Part shown: positions 38,095 through 51,630 of the stretch, in pieces
Position numbering within the stretch: position 1 is the stretch's first letter
Layout of the letters: every line of letters begins with the position of its first letter
Assembly: GCA_951406725.2 (NCBI GenBank)
Contig: OX597820.1
Coordinates: 44,640,001 to 44,704,000, forward strand
Direction: 5' to 3'
DNA: 64,000 bases
Source: Octopus vulgaris
Taxonomy: Eukaryota
Program-made: the position numbers and the translations under genes
Notes under the pieces: generated by a model
The model's database searches: none
Seen by the model: the letters and a program-made list of their open reading frames with translations, nothing else
What the model was told of the DNA's origin: nothing

Positions 38095-39469
38095 CATATA
38101 TATATATATATATAGGATGGCCATCTTTTTTTTAACCCCAAATCGACCGTGATCCGTGACCAAAGGCCATCCTGTATTAGAAACTAGCATAACTGCGTTA
38201 TTCAATATTCCTTATATTAAAACAGTGATGTTGTTTGATAAGATTTACCTGCTATTTCTAGCAGGTTGAAGAACTACGTGGACGCTCCGTCGTTGACTGG
38301 TCATATATAAAATAACGAGGATAGATAAATAGTGATACATTCAATATGGTAATACGAATATGTATTCGTATATATAATTAAGTGAGACCTTATACCTGTC
38401 ACCAAGAAATCAATATTGCCATATGGTGAAAGGGGCGTAGAACAGGAAAGGTCAAAGTTCATTCATTCACTGAATGATTTGTGTATGTAATTTAAGGTGC
38501 TGTTGTTTCTTCGCTGTCCTTTGACCTACTGTTATACATTTAACTATCGATTGTCAAAACCGATATGATTGGTTGTTAGAAGATTTTAAAATCCAATGAA
38601 ATTAGATGTATTTACGATCTCCTCTAAACTTGTAAATTGCATCTACAATAGAATAGAATGCAGGTTAGAAAAACTACGGAAGCCGCAACTAGTCATTAAG
38701 TAGCTATTAATGTAATATGTTAGACGCCGATGAGAGACAATTTATGAAGTCAAGAGGAAATAAGTAATCCATTATAATTAGTATTCCTGTACAATCTGAA
38801 TTTTTTTTTTTTTATTACGACGGAAAGAATTGTTTTTAAAGTATCAACATAAGATATTAAGACATAATGTAAATATGTTAATTACAAATAAACGTTCGTT
38901 CATCAAATATGGATTGATTAGCGGGAGCAATTTTTTCTTTTTTTAAATAAATCTTGTAGATTTATTGAGTGGGTGTAATAGAGAAGGATGTGTCTTTATG
39001 CCTGATCTTGAGAGGCTAAAATGTATCTGATCCTCCATCATATTTTTTATTACATCTAGTTGATTTATTGACTTTATAGAAATGCTAAGATCATGAAGGT
39101 TTGTGTGTGCTGATGACGGCTGCTGTGGCTGAAGCATGTCTTCAACTGTCCTCTTGTCTGCAGACTATCAAATTGTCTTCTTAATGTCATATCAAAATCG
39201 AAGCATTTTTTGGTCTTGAGATTATCTCCCCTCGTTATTTTGAGTTGATCGCAATTATCATAAAGCCTACGTTTATTTTTCTCAGAAATAGAAAATGATT
39301 TCAATAAATGAAGAATTTATCTTGTATAGTTTTGTGTGTGTTGTGTACTACCACTTGTCACCTCTTTTCTGAGCCACTCCTATTTCTTTCACCTTCCACC
39401 CAACTCAACTGATATTCACCACCAACCACACCTTCACTTTTGTTCATCGTTCACTATATTCACCCCTGT

Positions 39470-39745
39470 GAGGGAGTATGGCTAAGTGATTAGGGTATTG
39501 CACTTACAATAATGAGATCGTGGTTTCAATTCCTGGACCAGGTGGTGCGTTGTATTTTGAGGAAAGCACTTCACCTCACATTGCTCTATGATCACTCCAA
39601 CACTGCACCTGTTTGAGCAATGTTGATTTGATGGAGGGAGTGAGCTTAATGTACAGCACAAACATTTGATCACTATAAACAAAGCATTTGCGTAGATTCA
39701 GCATTAAATTGCAGAACCATCTTTCTTGGACTATGAGAGACTGCC
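39470..39745 (+). mobile_element. tRNA-derived SINE (another family)
   Basis: A-box TGGCTAAGTGA and B-box-like GGTTTCAATTCC; similar heads at 55125 and 41346. Confidence 0.6.
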
Positions 39746-41345
39746 ATCATTCATACATTCATCTCAGCTTCCCCCATCTCTAACTATCTGTCACTCTCTT
39801 CTCACACTCTTACAAACTTACCCACCTACACTTCCTGATCATCTCTCCCTATTCTCCCTTATACTCACCTACTGCTTCTACCTTGAGAGTATGTTCTGAC
39901 AACTCATCACCATCCTCTTTATCTTCTTTCCAGCTACTTCCACCCTTATACAATGTGAAGTAGCCATATATATCCCCTACAGCAGTGGTTCCCGAACTTT
40001 TCCAGGCTGCCACCCCCTTGGATCTCAGGCTACATTCCTAGCACCACAAACATGAAGCCCTTTCTGCAGCAAATTCAAAACTGGAACAGCCTTTGATCAC
40101 TGGTCTGCAAGCTCATGGTCGATCTGGGGTTAAAAAAAATAAAATGGCCATCCCACATATATATATATCATCATCATCATTGTTTAATGTCCGCTTTCCA
40201 TGCTAGCATGGGTTGGACGGTTTGACTGAGGACTGGCGAGCCAGATGGCTGCGCCAGTCTCCAATCTGATCAGCAGAGTTTCTACAGCTGGATGTCCTTC
40301 CTAACGCCAACCACTTTGAGAGTGTAGTGGGTGCTTTTACGTGCCACTGGCATGGGGGCCAGTCAGGTGCTACTGGCAATGGTTATGCTCAAATGGTGTT
40401 TTTATGTGCCACCTGCACAGGAGCCAGTCTAGTGGTGCTGGCAACAACCTCGCTCAAATTTTTTTCATGTGCCAGTAAGGCGGCACTGGTAATGATCACA
40501 TTCAAATGGTGCTTTTTATGTGCCACCAGCACAGGAGCCAGTCAGTGGCCCTGGCAATAATCACACTCGGATGGTGCTCTTCGCACTCCACTGGCACAGA
40601 TGCCAGTGATGTGGTGCTGTCATCGAATTTAAATTTCAATTTTGATTTCACTTGTCTCAACAGGTCTTCTCAAGCAGAGTTTAGTGTCCAATGAAGGAAA
40701 GGCATGCATAAGCGGGCTGGTTACATCACTGGCATAGACCACAGGTTATGGTCTCACTTGGCTTGCCAGGTCTTCTCAAGCACAGCATATTTCCAAAGGT
40801 CTCAGTCACAAGTCATTGCCTCAGTGAGGCCTAATGTTCAAAGGTTGTTACCACCTCATCCCAAGTCTTCTTGGGTTTTCTTGGATATATACATATATAT
40901 ATATACATATATATATATATACATATACCAGAGTAAGCACATAAATGCGAAACAAGCTGGTGAAAATAATACTCAAATATCAGAGGTAGAGTAATATGCT
41001 TTATTAAAAAAGTTTCACGTTCCCATTAATTTTTAAAAATAAAGTATGTATGTGTGTTGCATGTTTAAAAACCAGAAGCACAATCTAAAGCTGTTAGAAA
41101 TTGTGTATTTCAGAAATAAACTTAACCTAATTAACCCATAATTTTGTTGTTTTTAAATCCATTGCCTCCTTTTGGCCATCCCATTATCACCCCACTTTTC
41201 TTCAATGTCCCCCTTGGATACAGAACAAGAAATTTAGCACTTTTTTTTTATAGTTTTATAAATTATACATATAGTACTAAATATAAAATAAAACAAAAAG
41301 AATAAAAGAAAAAAGTATATAAATTCATACCAATACAAATACAAA

Positions 41346-41666
41346 GGGAGGCACAATGGCCCAGTGGTTAGGGCAGCGGACTCATGGTCGGAGGATCATG
41401 GTTTCGATTCCCTGACCGGGTGTTGTGTGTGTTTATTGAGCAAAAACACCTAAAGCTCCACAAGGCTCCGCCAGGGGGTGGTGGCGACCCCTGTTGTATT
41501 CTTACACCCCAACTTTCTCTCATTCTCTCTTCCTGTTTCTTGAGTAACACTGCGACGAACTGGCATCCCGTCCTGCTGGGGCGGAACACATACACCACAG
41601 AAACCAGGAAACTGGGCCCATGAGCCTGGCTGGGCTTGAAAAGGGCACATAAATAAATAAATAATA
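41346..41666 (+). mobile_element. tRNA-derived SINE with (AAAT)n tail and 11-bp TSD
   Basis: A-box TGGCCCAGTGG, B-box GTTTCGATTCC, TSD acaaatacaaa at 41335-41345 and 41667-41677. Confidence 0.85.
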
Positions 41667-43279
41667 ACAAATACAAAAAAAATTGACTTATAGTTCATCA
41701 GAATATCTGAAAAAAGAACAGAAAAGAATAATTTCACAGAAGGCCAATGGGATCCCGTCGGACCCCAATGATCATATTTATGTTATAACATCCTTATGAC
41801 TGGAAATTTTTAACTCAAAATTTGTATGTGCATACATAAACTATTGACAATAAAGTCATGAGATATAAAATCATTTAAATAAAAAATGTAAAAGTTGCAT
41901 AACTTTTAAAATTTGCTGGAGTCCCAAGGGACCCTGCCAGCCCTTGAAGGGTTAATCAGTTTTTTTTTACACTTCTTTCAAAATGCATTGGCTTTGTTTC
42001 AGTTAATTTTGAAAATGATGAAGAATTTGGCAAAATAACTTGCTCACTTTCAATCTGGTGAGAACAAATTAATATAGAAATCTGATGGGAATTTTTAATT
42101 TAGATTACTTTAAAACTAGAAGTTTGTATCACTGAACCAGGGGTGGTCTCAGATTAGTATCAAAAGGATTAAGCAGGAATGAAGACTGTGGTATATTGTT
42201 TCATGTAAGCTTTGTGAAGCCCATGAGAGAATCTGTATATGGTTGCTCTACCTGACAACCAGCTTAATCTCCCTCCAACCACAGTCCTATTTTCATTTCA
42301 CTTGAAAAAAATGCTGGATGGTCATGGTTGGAAACATCATTATCATTTAGCATCTGTTTCCATGCCAGCATGGGTTAGATGGTTTGATTGGAACTAGTAA
42401 GTCAGAGGGCCATACCAGGCTCCAGTCTGGTTTGGCTTGATTTCAACAGGTGGATGCCCTTCCTAACACCAAGCACTCCAAGAGTGTAGTGGGTGTCTTT
42501 TACATGTCACTGGCACAGGTACTTTATACATGTCACTGGCATAGTTACCTTTAATGTGTCACCAGCATGGGCACCTTTTACATGCCACCAGCACAGGCCC
42601 CAACTATGGTTTCACTTGGCTTGACATGTCTTCTCAAGCACAGCAAATCGCCAAAAGTCTCAATCATTTGTCATTGCCTCTTATAGACTTGTTGAATCAG
42701 AGTTGACCAAGGATTATACAAAAATTATTTTCTAATTCTGGCACAAGGCCAGCAATTTTGAGGGGAAGAAGAAAGCCAATTACATTGACCCCCAGTATTT
42801 GGTTGCTACTTTAGTTTATTGATCCCTGAGAAATGAAAGACAAACTTGACCCTGGTGGAATTTGAATTTACAATATAATGAGTTGGGAGAAATGCCAAAA
42901 AGCATTTTTGTCCAACATACCAAAAATTCTGCCAGCATACAGCCTTAGATTATACATCAATAACAACAATGTCAACTGGAAGTTTGCCTTTTGCTCTCCA
43001 AAAGTTGCTATGTAATAATTAATGAATTACTTAAATGATTTCTTAACTCATTAGTATTCAGATTACTCTGTCAAATTATTCACTTATTTATTCACATATT
43101 GTTTTAAATTAACCATACATTTTATATCATAGCTTTGAGATTTCGATGATGTAATCATTTAATTTTAGAATGACATTGTAGGGTAAGCGTGAAAGGTTGA
43201 ATCTAGTCAATTTGAGTATATAACAGGTAGAATATTTTGACCCGATATGGTTGCTTTCAATGCTAAAAGGATAATGGCA

Positions 43280-43548
43280 CTAATAATAATAATAATAATA
43301 ATGAAATTATTGTATACAGTGCTCAGGTGCACCACAACTTGTCAGAAAGTGCATATAAAGTACATGCAGTAATGTAGAAATGTCTGGAAAGCGAACAATG
43401 TATGAGTCAGATACATGCTTGTGTGTGTATGGAGGGGAGAAAATCAAGTGTAGTGTTGGTGAATCTCAGGAAGCATGGAAGTCTTGAAGGATGCAGTGCT
43501 CCGGCAACTAAAGGATGCAGTGCTCCGACAACTAAGGATGCAGTGCTC
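43280..43548 (-). mobile_element. CR1 3'-end fragment with (ATT)n tail
   Basis: Shares GTGCACCTGAGCACTGTA and the ORF end with the CR1 at 4541-5672. Older copies at 17490-17605 and 23770-24050. Confidence 0.8.
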
Positions 43549-44197
43549 TCTAATTTTTGCTGTTAATCATAATGCTATAGACCTTGTAATATAAAACATA
43601 AAGTTACATGTGAAATATGATGCACAATATAAAAATATAATTTATTCATTAAAAACAATATGAAAAAAAAACATTCTTTTAGCAAATTTATTAATCATCT
43701 TTGGCAATTATTGATCAGTTACATCAGTCCCAACACCTATATTAAAAAACTAAAAATTTGGAATGTAAAATCACAAAATATACTTAACCTTCATTTAATC
43801 AAAAATCATTAGGATTCTCACCTAATAACCAAAATTGAATCATGCAGCAATTTATTACATTTCTCAATATTCCTTACTCATTCTCACATACATATACACA
43901 TGTGTGTATGTGTGTGTGTGTAACTCTCTCTTTCTCACTCTCTGTGTATATGTAAGATATTTAAGAAGATATGTCTGTCTGATGAAACCTCATTATATTT
44001 AAAAGACATTTTATTATTCTTGAAAAACCGGTTTTTTTAACAGTGTAGAAACAGTTGTAATTAACTAGATGTGTTATTTGTTTGTATAAAATAATAAATT
44101 TGAATTGAATTTATCATTTAATGATTAAATTATTTAATTGTTCAATTTATTATTTTGGTTTCCATTTCTAATTAATATATATGTATATATATGTGTG

Positions 44198-44230
<33 letters not shown>

Positions 44231-44731
44231 ACATATGTATGTATATACACACACACACACGCAATTTTCAATTCTCAATCATCTAAAGAAGATATTTAAT
44301 CAATGAAAGTGCACAATGGCTCAACAGGTAGCTGGTGCTATGACAATGTATAAATTAAACATATGAGAAGACTGGACCTCAGAATGGTCTATTCACTTCA
44401 TCAGTTGTTGTTGAACTAAAGATTGCTTTAGGCAAATGTCTTCTACTTAATGCTTCAGGTTGACCAAAGCCTTGTGAGTGAATTCGGCAGATGGAAGCTG
44501 AAAGAATACTCTCGTATATATGTGTATGTGTTTGCATCTGTATTTGTTGCATCTCCCTCATTGCTTGACAAGCAGTTTTGGTGTATTTATGTCCCCGTAA
44601 CTTAGCAGTTCAACAAAAGAGACCGATAGAAAAAGTACTGGGGTCGATTCATTCAACTAAGATTCTTTCAGATGGTGCTCCAGCATGGCCACAGTCTAAT
44701 GACTGGACTGAAACTAGTAAAATATAAAAGG

Positions 44732-44766
<35 letters not shown>

Positions 44767-44769
<3 letters not shown>

Positions 44770-45216
44770 CAAACCAAATCAAAATAGATGAACATCAATG
44801 GAATTTGTATCTTTATGGTACCAGTGCCAGTGGCACATAAGAAAACCATCCGAACGTGGCCGTAGCCAGTACCGCATCGACTGGCCTCCATGCTGTGGGC
44901 ACGTAACAAACACCATCCGATCGTGGCTGTTCGCCAGCCTCGTCTGGCACCTGTGTCAGTGGCACAAAAAAAACAAAAAACACCATCCAAGCGTGGCCGT
45001 TCGCCAGCCTCGTCTGGCACCTGTGTCGGTGGCACATAAAATCACCCACTACACTCTTGGAGTGGTTGGCATTAGGAAGGGCATCCAGCTGTAGAAACAC
45101 TGCCAGATCTGACTGGCCTGGTGCAGCCTTCGGGCTCCCCAGACCCCAGTTAAACCGTCCAACCCATGCTAGCATGGAAAGCGGACGCTAAACGATGATG
45201 ATGATGATGATGATGA
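44767..45216 (+). mobile_element. RTE 3'-UTR fragment, young
   Basis: Close reverse complement of 25710-26275 with fewer 63-bp units; (GAT)n tail; (TA)n on both flanks. Confidence 0.9.
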
Positions 45217-47029
45217 TATATATATATATAGCAGCTGTTGACATCATGAGCAGTTGTTGTGTAAACTGAAAAAGAATAGACATGACAATGAAACAGTCAC
45301 ATAATGTATCACAAAAAAATAATACCTGTCATAAAAAGAAGTAGTGAAAATATTTTCAGCATGCTCTACTTGGAGAATATAAGTTGGGGGCGGCAAGCTG
45401 GCAGAATCGTTAGCACGCCGGGTGAAATGTTTAGTGGTATTTCACAGGCGTTCTGAGCTCAGATTCTCATTACGTTCTGAGCTCAGATTCTGCCAAGGTC
45501 GACTTTGCCTTTCATCCTTTCAGGGTCGATTAAATAAGTACCAGTTATGCACTGGGATCAATGTAATCGACTTAATCCCTTTGTCTGTCCTTGTTTGTCC
45601 CCTCTGTATTTAACCCCCTTTTTGAGGAGTTGGCTGCATGAGACATGATTTAAGTCACACTACTAAAATAATTCAAGGTAATTCTTTGTTAGGCATTCCA
45701 TTCAGAAAGTCCTGCAGGTCACAGTTTGTCCATGAATGGTTTAAAGTTTTGGTGTGAAAATAATTTGCAAGTTATTATACATTTAAAATAAACATCAGGT
45801 CCAGTTCACAAATTTTCTTATCTCTCCAAGCCATACAAATTTATTGAAATTCATTATTATAACTGCATTTAAAAAAAAAAGATAAAATTAAAACGGAGTA
45901 GTTTTGCTGAAGCATTATACTAAAAAGGTCCATTGTAAGCCTGGAATGATGCAAGAAGGTACACAGTAAACTATGAAAGGAAAAGGAAAATAAAGCAAAA
46001 CAAAGTTGCAATTTTACCTGGTGTTTCTATATTTCATGGTTATGACCCATTCTTTAGGACATTTGGAAAAAGCGAGGGATGGAAGTGTGGCTGTATGGTT
46101 AAGAAGTTTGCTTCTCAATCCATGGTTTTGAGTTCAGTCCTACAGTGTGACACCTCTAGCAAGTGTCTTCTACTATAACCCCAGGCCAATCAAAGCCTTG
46201 TGAATGGATTTGGTAGATAGGAACTGAAAGAAACCTGTGATTGTATGTATGTATGTATGTATGTATGTATATGTGTGTGCATGTGCATATGTGTGTGAAT
46301 GTATGTGTGTGAGTGTGTGCATGTTTGTGTTTCCTAGTATTGGCATTGGGTGATTGTGGTCAATGAAAGTCATTCCTTTCCAATTTTCTGTGAAAATGTT
46401 TGACCATGGGGAAATATTAACCTTGCTTGGAAAAAGGTAAGGGTTGGTGACAGGCAAAGCATCTGGCCACAGAAAATTTACCTCAACAAACTCTGTCCAG
46501 TCCATATCAGTAGGAAAAGTGGACGTCAAAACAATAATGATGATGATTATTGATGTAGTTGAAGGTATGTTATATTTAAGGAAGAGGACAGCCAGTTCGG
46601 CAACCAAAAACCAATACTATACCATGGTGAGTATGGCCCACAGACTGAGAAGTAAAAATGGTAAAAAAAAATTTTTTTAAAGCAGCAGCAGTCATTATTT
46701 TAAATCTGAACAGTCAGCTTGACTACAGCAAAGGTAATAGCATTCAGACTGTTTCTTCTTGACCATCATCCATATCAGACATCAAAACCATTATTATCAG
46801 TGCAAAAGAATATTTCATTAACCCTGTTATATTACCAAAGTCTGAATCTTGTGTAACATTTCTTGTATCATATTCTTTTAATCATCTTTTCAGAAACCTC
46901 AATTGAGTCACTAAGTGGAAACAGGTTCTGTTGAAACAGGTTCTGTTGTACGCCAGAATAGGAAGACACTGTGTGAGAAGAGTCAGCTATCTTGGATGAG
47001 GAGTATTCACTAAATATTCCCCATCCAAG

Positions 47030-47225
47030 AATATTTTGCATGTTTAAGAGTAAAGAGTATTCAATATTTTGTGAGTTTGTGAGCAAAGTGTATCCGATAT
47101 CGTGTGTTGAGAGCAACGTCTGTCGCATATTTCGTACGTTTTAGAGCAAAGAGTACCAAATATTTTGTGAGTTTGAGAGCAAAAAGTGTGTTTCAATATT
47201 TTATGAAGTTGAGAGCAAAAATGGG
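47030..47225. repeat. Diverged 30-36 bp minisatellite, 6 units
   Basis: GAG(C/T)AA anchors at 47048, 47081, 47111, 47144, 47177 and 47213. Confidence 0.8.
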
Positions 47226-47249
47226 TCAGCTAAATGTACAAGAAACAAA

Positions 47250-48092
47250 CGTTGATTTTTCTCGTAGAAAATTCCGACAAGCCAACCGTTTAAGTAAAAA
47301 AATATTTTAAAAATAAAATCCCAAAAGAAAGCAAAATTAAACGAAACACGAGAAACGCAATCGTAATAAATAAGCAAAAAAATACCGCAGTGATATCGAA
47401 ATCTTGCTTCAATTCATATTTTAAAGCATATCGTGTCTTCCATAGCATTAAACTGCTGACTGTTGTAGTCAGGGTGGCGCGTTGTCAGATGTAGCGTTGA
47501 GGAAGAGGTAATGGCTGCGTCTGGTTATCTTTCGGGCACCTAACTGCTCGTGCTTCACTATTTTTACTTTTGTGCTAAACATTTTATCCATCTTTTATTC
47601 CTTTCTTGGTTTCAATCTGATTCATTATCCTCTTTTGTTTTTTTTTAGCAATTTCTTTTATGCTTTCTCTTCCGTTATCAACTCATTCCTTCCCTTACTA
47701 TTTTCTCCCTTACATGCTCCCATATTATATGTGGGAATTTTGTTGTTTTTCGCTTGCATTCCGACAACAGTTCTCAATAAAAACTGCTGCTACACTTCCA
47801 GTTGGGTGTCATCAGCGATGACCCGGGTACTTACGCCCGGCATTGGCCCCTAAATAACAGCTCACACACACCACAACAAACATAGCCATTAACATCAACA
47901 ACCTTACGTCACCCTGGAAGGAAGCAGAAGTGTACAAGGGAGAAAGAGAAAAAGGTGGAAAGGGAAGGATAAGGTCTGTTTTGGTGGTGGTGTTGTTGTT
48001 ATTGTTACTGCTGCTGTCGCCTCCACCTCTTCAACAACAAAAAAACAAACAAACTAAAACCAAAAATTTGGTCAAAATAACACAAGAATAAA
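47250..48092. promoter_or_regulatory. Probable promoter/5' region of FAM91A1, possibly bidirectional
   Basis: TE-free and locally CpG-richer, directly upstream of the ATG. GACTACAA on the minus strand at 47463-47470 and TGACGTAA (CRE-like) on the minus strand near 47905. Confidence 0.55.
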
Positions 48093-48164
48093 ATGAACAG
48101 CGACGTCGAGGATCATATTCGTCAGAATACACCATGGTCGAAACTACCAGGACTAGTAAAGCAG
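48093..48164 (+). CDS. FAM91A1: FAM91A1 first coding exon
   Basis: ATG...CAG|gtaag, 72 nt, MNSDVEDHIRQNTPWSKLPGLVKQ. Matches the FAM91A1 N-terminus as I recall it (MNIDVEFHIRHNYPWNKLPANVRQ). I did not find exon 2 in the remaining 15.8 kb. Confidence 0.88.
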
Positions 48165-48699
48165 GTAAGAATAACTATAAACCATTTCTTTTCTCTACAT
48201 GTCAGTTACGAAAAGGGACGACACAATCAATTTATATATTGACGCCTCCTCCTTGCCATCACACAACCTATCCAATAATCTCCTTTGATGCTGTGTGCTA
48301 CTGTTTGTCTGTATAAAATATGACTTCTCTCAAGAATTGTCACATTGTGATACATACACTGATTCTATGTTTATACATAATGTAATTTATATTGTGCAGC
48401 ATACACACACACACACTCTCGCGCGCGTATGCATTTTTATTTATATACATATACATTTATATACATATACACGTTCTACATTATGTATTAGCCGATTTAT
48501 TGAGATATCTTCTCGACCTCCATTATATACGCATATATAAATCCACACATATAAATTGGCAATGCACAGGAAAGCAAGGAATTTGGTGTGCAGACAGGTG
48601 CCCAGCAGGAATCAGTTCTCAGCCTCCTCCTGTTTATTGTAGTTCTCAGGCCATAACAGGTTGTTTAAGACTGGCTACCTGTGGCAATTTCTGCATACC

Positions 48700-49565
48700 G
48701 ATGATCCTATCAAGAAAAATCTGAAGATAGCCAAGACAAAAGTTGTAGTTAGCAGGAACAAAGACAGGACTCTACTGCCATCTGAGAGGTGGTCATGCTC
48801 AGTCTGAGAGAAAAGAACTGGTAGGTAGGAACTCAGTACCTTGTGCTCAGTATAAACTATGGGTGCACAAGGCATGCAGTAGGATTGCATGTAGGCTAAC
48901 AGAAAAGGACTTTGTATGTAGCAGATGCCTAAGTATAATGTACTAGTAGGAACATATATAAAATAAATTCTTTCAGATGCGTAGAGAGCTCCCCGGGAAT
49001 TGATGGCTCCTATTACCTAAGTGTCCAAAGTAGCAGCAGAGCAGACTGTTCTGAAAACATAGTAGCCCAAGTAAAAAGGGGTTGGGTAGCTATTACCCCT
49101 GCTGGCAACAAAGGGTCCTTTTCCTCTCTCCTAGTGAAGAGCATATTGTCTGATGTGTGTGTATGGAGTGTGATGCTGTGTGGTTAATGAAACATGAGCA
49201 TCGTATGTGGAGGGTGGATGCATGGAGAGCTGGAAAGAAATTATGCATGTTCTGCTGGATGCGTAATGTTAGTGTGAGTGAATGAGAAGGTACATATGAA
49301 GAGTCAGGTATAGTGTGTTAGAGAAATGATAGCTGAAAGAGACATGTGATGTGTATGGAGGATGGCAGTTGGGTAAAGAAAGTGCCAAGGAATCCAAGTG
49401 GAAGGAATCTATGGAAGAGAAAAACTGGTGGTGAAGGCTAATCCCAAGAAGTTAAACCTCACAAAAGAGATAACAAAGGACTGCAACAAGTGGCAAAACA
49501 CTGTTTTGGAGAACACCCAGTCAACCTTGGCAAGCATGGAAATAAAGGGACCTAAAATGATGATA
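48700..49565 (+). mobile_element. Old degraded RTE LINE fragment
   Basis: KTKVVVSR...RWSCSV...GRNSVPCAQYKLWVHKACS aligns to the RTE at 27030-27230. Confidence 0.7.
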
Positions 49566-49679
49566 ATAACTAGATATGGCAAAATATATACCGATATACA
49601 CACATATAACACACACACTCACACATATATAAAAGAGTGTGTCATACCAGCATGGAAGGTGGATGTTAAAAGATGATGA

Positions 49680-49719
<40 letters not shown>

Positions 49720-51593
49720 AATCCCCAAAAAAGAAGAAAAATAAATACAAAAAAAACCCCAACAATACGAAGACATGGTACATGTAAAGTATTAGCAGGC
49801 ACTCAGGGAAGGAAAGAAAGATGGTTTAATGCTTTGAGCAATGCTCTTCTTCAGAAACAGGAAAGTCCAATAGAAAGGAAGACGGAGGAAGAAAATTGCC
49901 AACGATTCACATGTGGTTATGTGGTTATCCATCATCAAACAACGGATCTCCATCGTTTGACAAAGAGGATTCGTCTGTTTGATGAACTGGATAACCTGCT
50001 ACGAAATTAATGCGCAAATGGCTGAGAGTTCCATAAACACATGTACCCTCAATGTGATTTTCAGTTACACAATGTGTGACAATATTGTACCATTTGAATT
50101 ACAAATACAATCCACTCAACAGACTCCTATGCAGTTTCCTTCTATCCAATTTCAGTCACAAGGTATGGGTTGATCCAAGGCTATAGAAAATGACACTTGT
50201 CCAAGATGCTGTCTTGGGATTGAAACCAGGATCTTAATTATTAGGCTGTACTGAACCTATATATATATAATTAGTATTTTAAGCACTATAAAATGTATCC
50301 ACTGAATTTAAGAGCTCAATTATTAACCTATTATATTGTTAAACTTCAATATATTATCCTTTCCTAATTTCGGCACAAGCCCAGCAATTTTGAGATTAGT
50401 GGGCAAGTCAATTACATTGGCTCCAGTACCCAACTGATACTTACTTTATTGGCCCTGAAAGGATGAAAAGCAAAATCGAGCTCGGGCACCATTTGAACTC
50501 TGAATGTAATGGGCTGGAGGAATTGCTAGTAAGCATATTGTCCAGTGCTGTAACAATTCTGCCAGCTTGCCACCTTCACTTCAATATATTATTAAAATGC
50601 AATAATCTTAAATAGAATGGATTATTTGCATATGTGTAAATTGACTGTTCAGAGTAGCAAATCTAGAAGAGCAAAAAAGTAAAGATTTCACAGATGTTTT
50701 AAAGTTTCATGCCAAGTTCTACAGCTGTTTCGGTGGTTAGAATACAAACATCATCATCCATATCATTATGCAATTAAGAGATTAAAAAATACATTCAAAT
50801 GATTTAAATGTGATGGATAAACCGTCACATTTAAGGTGGTGCTCCAGCATAGCCACAGTCAAATGACTGTAATGAGTAAAAAGAACAAAAGAATAAACCA
50901 TTTCATCAGGAATTCCTCATAAAATGCAGGCATGGCTGCAGGGTTCAAAAGTTTGCCTCCCACTGTGTGGTTTCAGGTTCAGCCCCACCATGTGACACCT
51001 TGGGCAAGTGTTTTCTACAATATATACATGAAGTGGGTGCTGTCCTTGTCTTCACATCACATGATCATTGTAAATGAACATCATTCATGTCCAGTGTTCT
51101 GTGAAAAACATCAAGCAATGGTGCTCCAGCATGGTTGCAGTTCTACGACTTTAACCACAAAATGACTCTAAGAATGGGGGAAATATTACCATGCTTGAAA
51201 ACAGTTGAGGGTTGGTGACAGAAAGGGCACCCAACTGTAGAAAATCTGCCTCAACAAATTCCATCTGACCCTTTAAGAGAAGACCCCTATTCTGGCCATG
51301 ATAGATTTAACCTCTCTGATTACTAGTGTCATGATAAAATGCACCCTGTACAATATGTAAAACGGTTGGCATTAGAAAGCGTATCCAGCCATAGAAACCA
51401 CAGCAAAAATAGAATGTCTGGGTGATAGATGTCTCTGATCCATTTACAAGTGCAGGAAATCTGTATAAAAAAAACTGACCCAGAGAGTGATATCCCATCT
51501 CATCCTCATCAACATAGAAAACAGATTAGTGATGAAGATGATATCGTCATACTCTCCCTAGATACATGCATGTGTGAGTGATATATCTTAGAG

Positions 51594-51630
<37 letters not shown>

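Noticed and set aside
39108-39135. C/D box snoRNA (TGATGA...CTGA)
   Set aside because: The boxes are only about 12 nt apart, too short for a snoRNA.
41346-41420. tRNA gene
   Set aside because: A and B boxes are present, but the sequence continues into a SINE body with tail and TSD.
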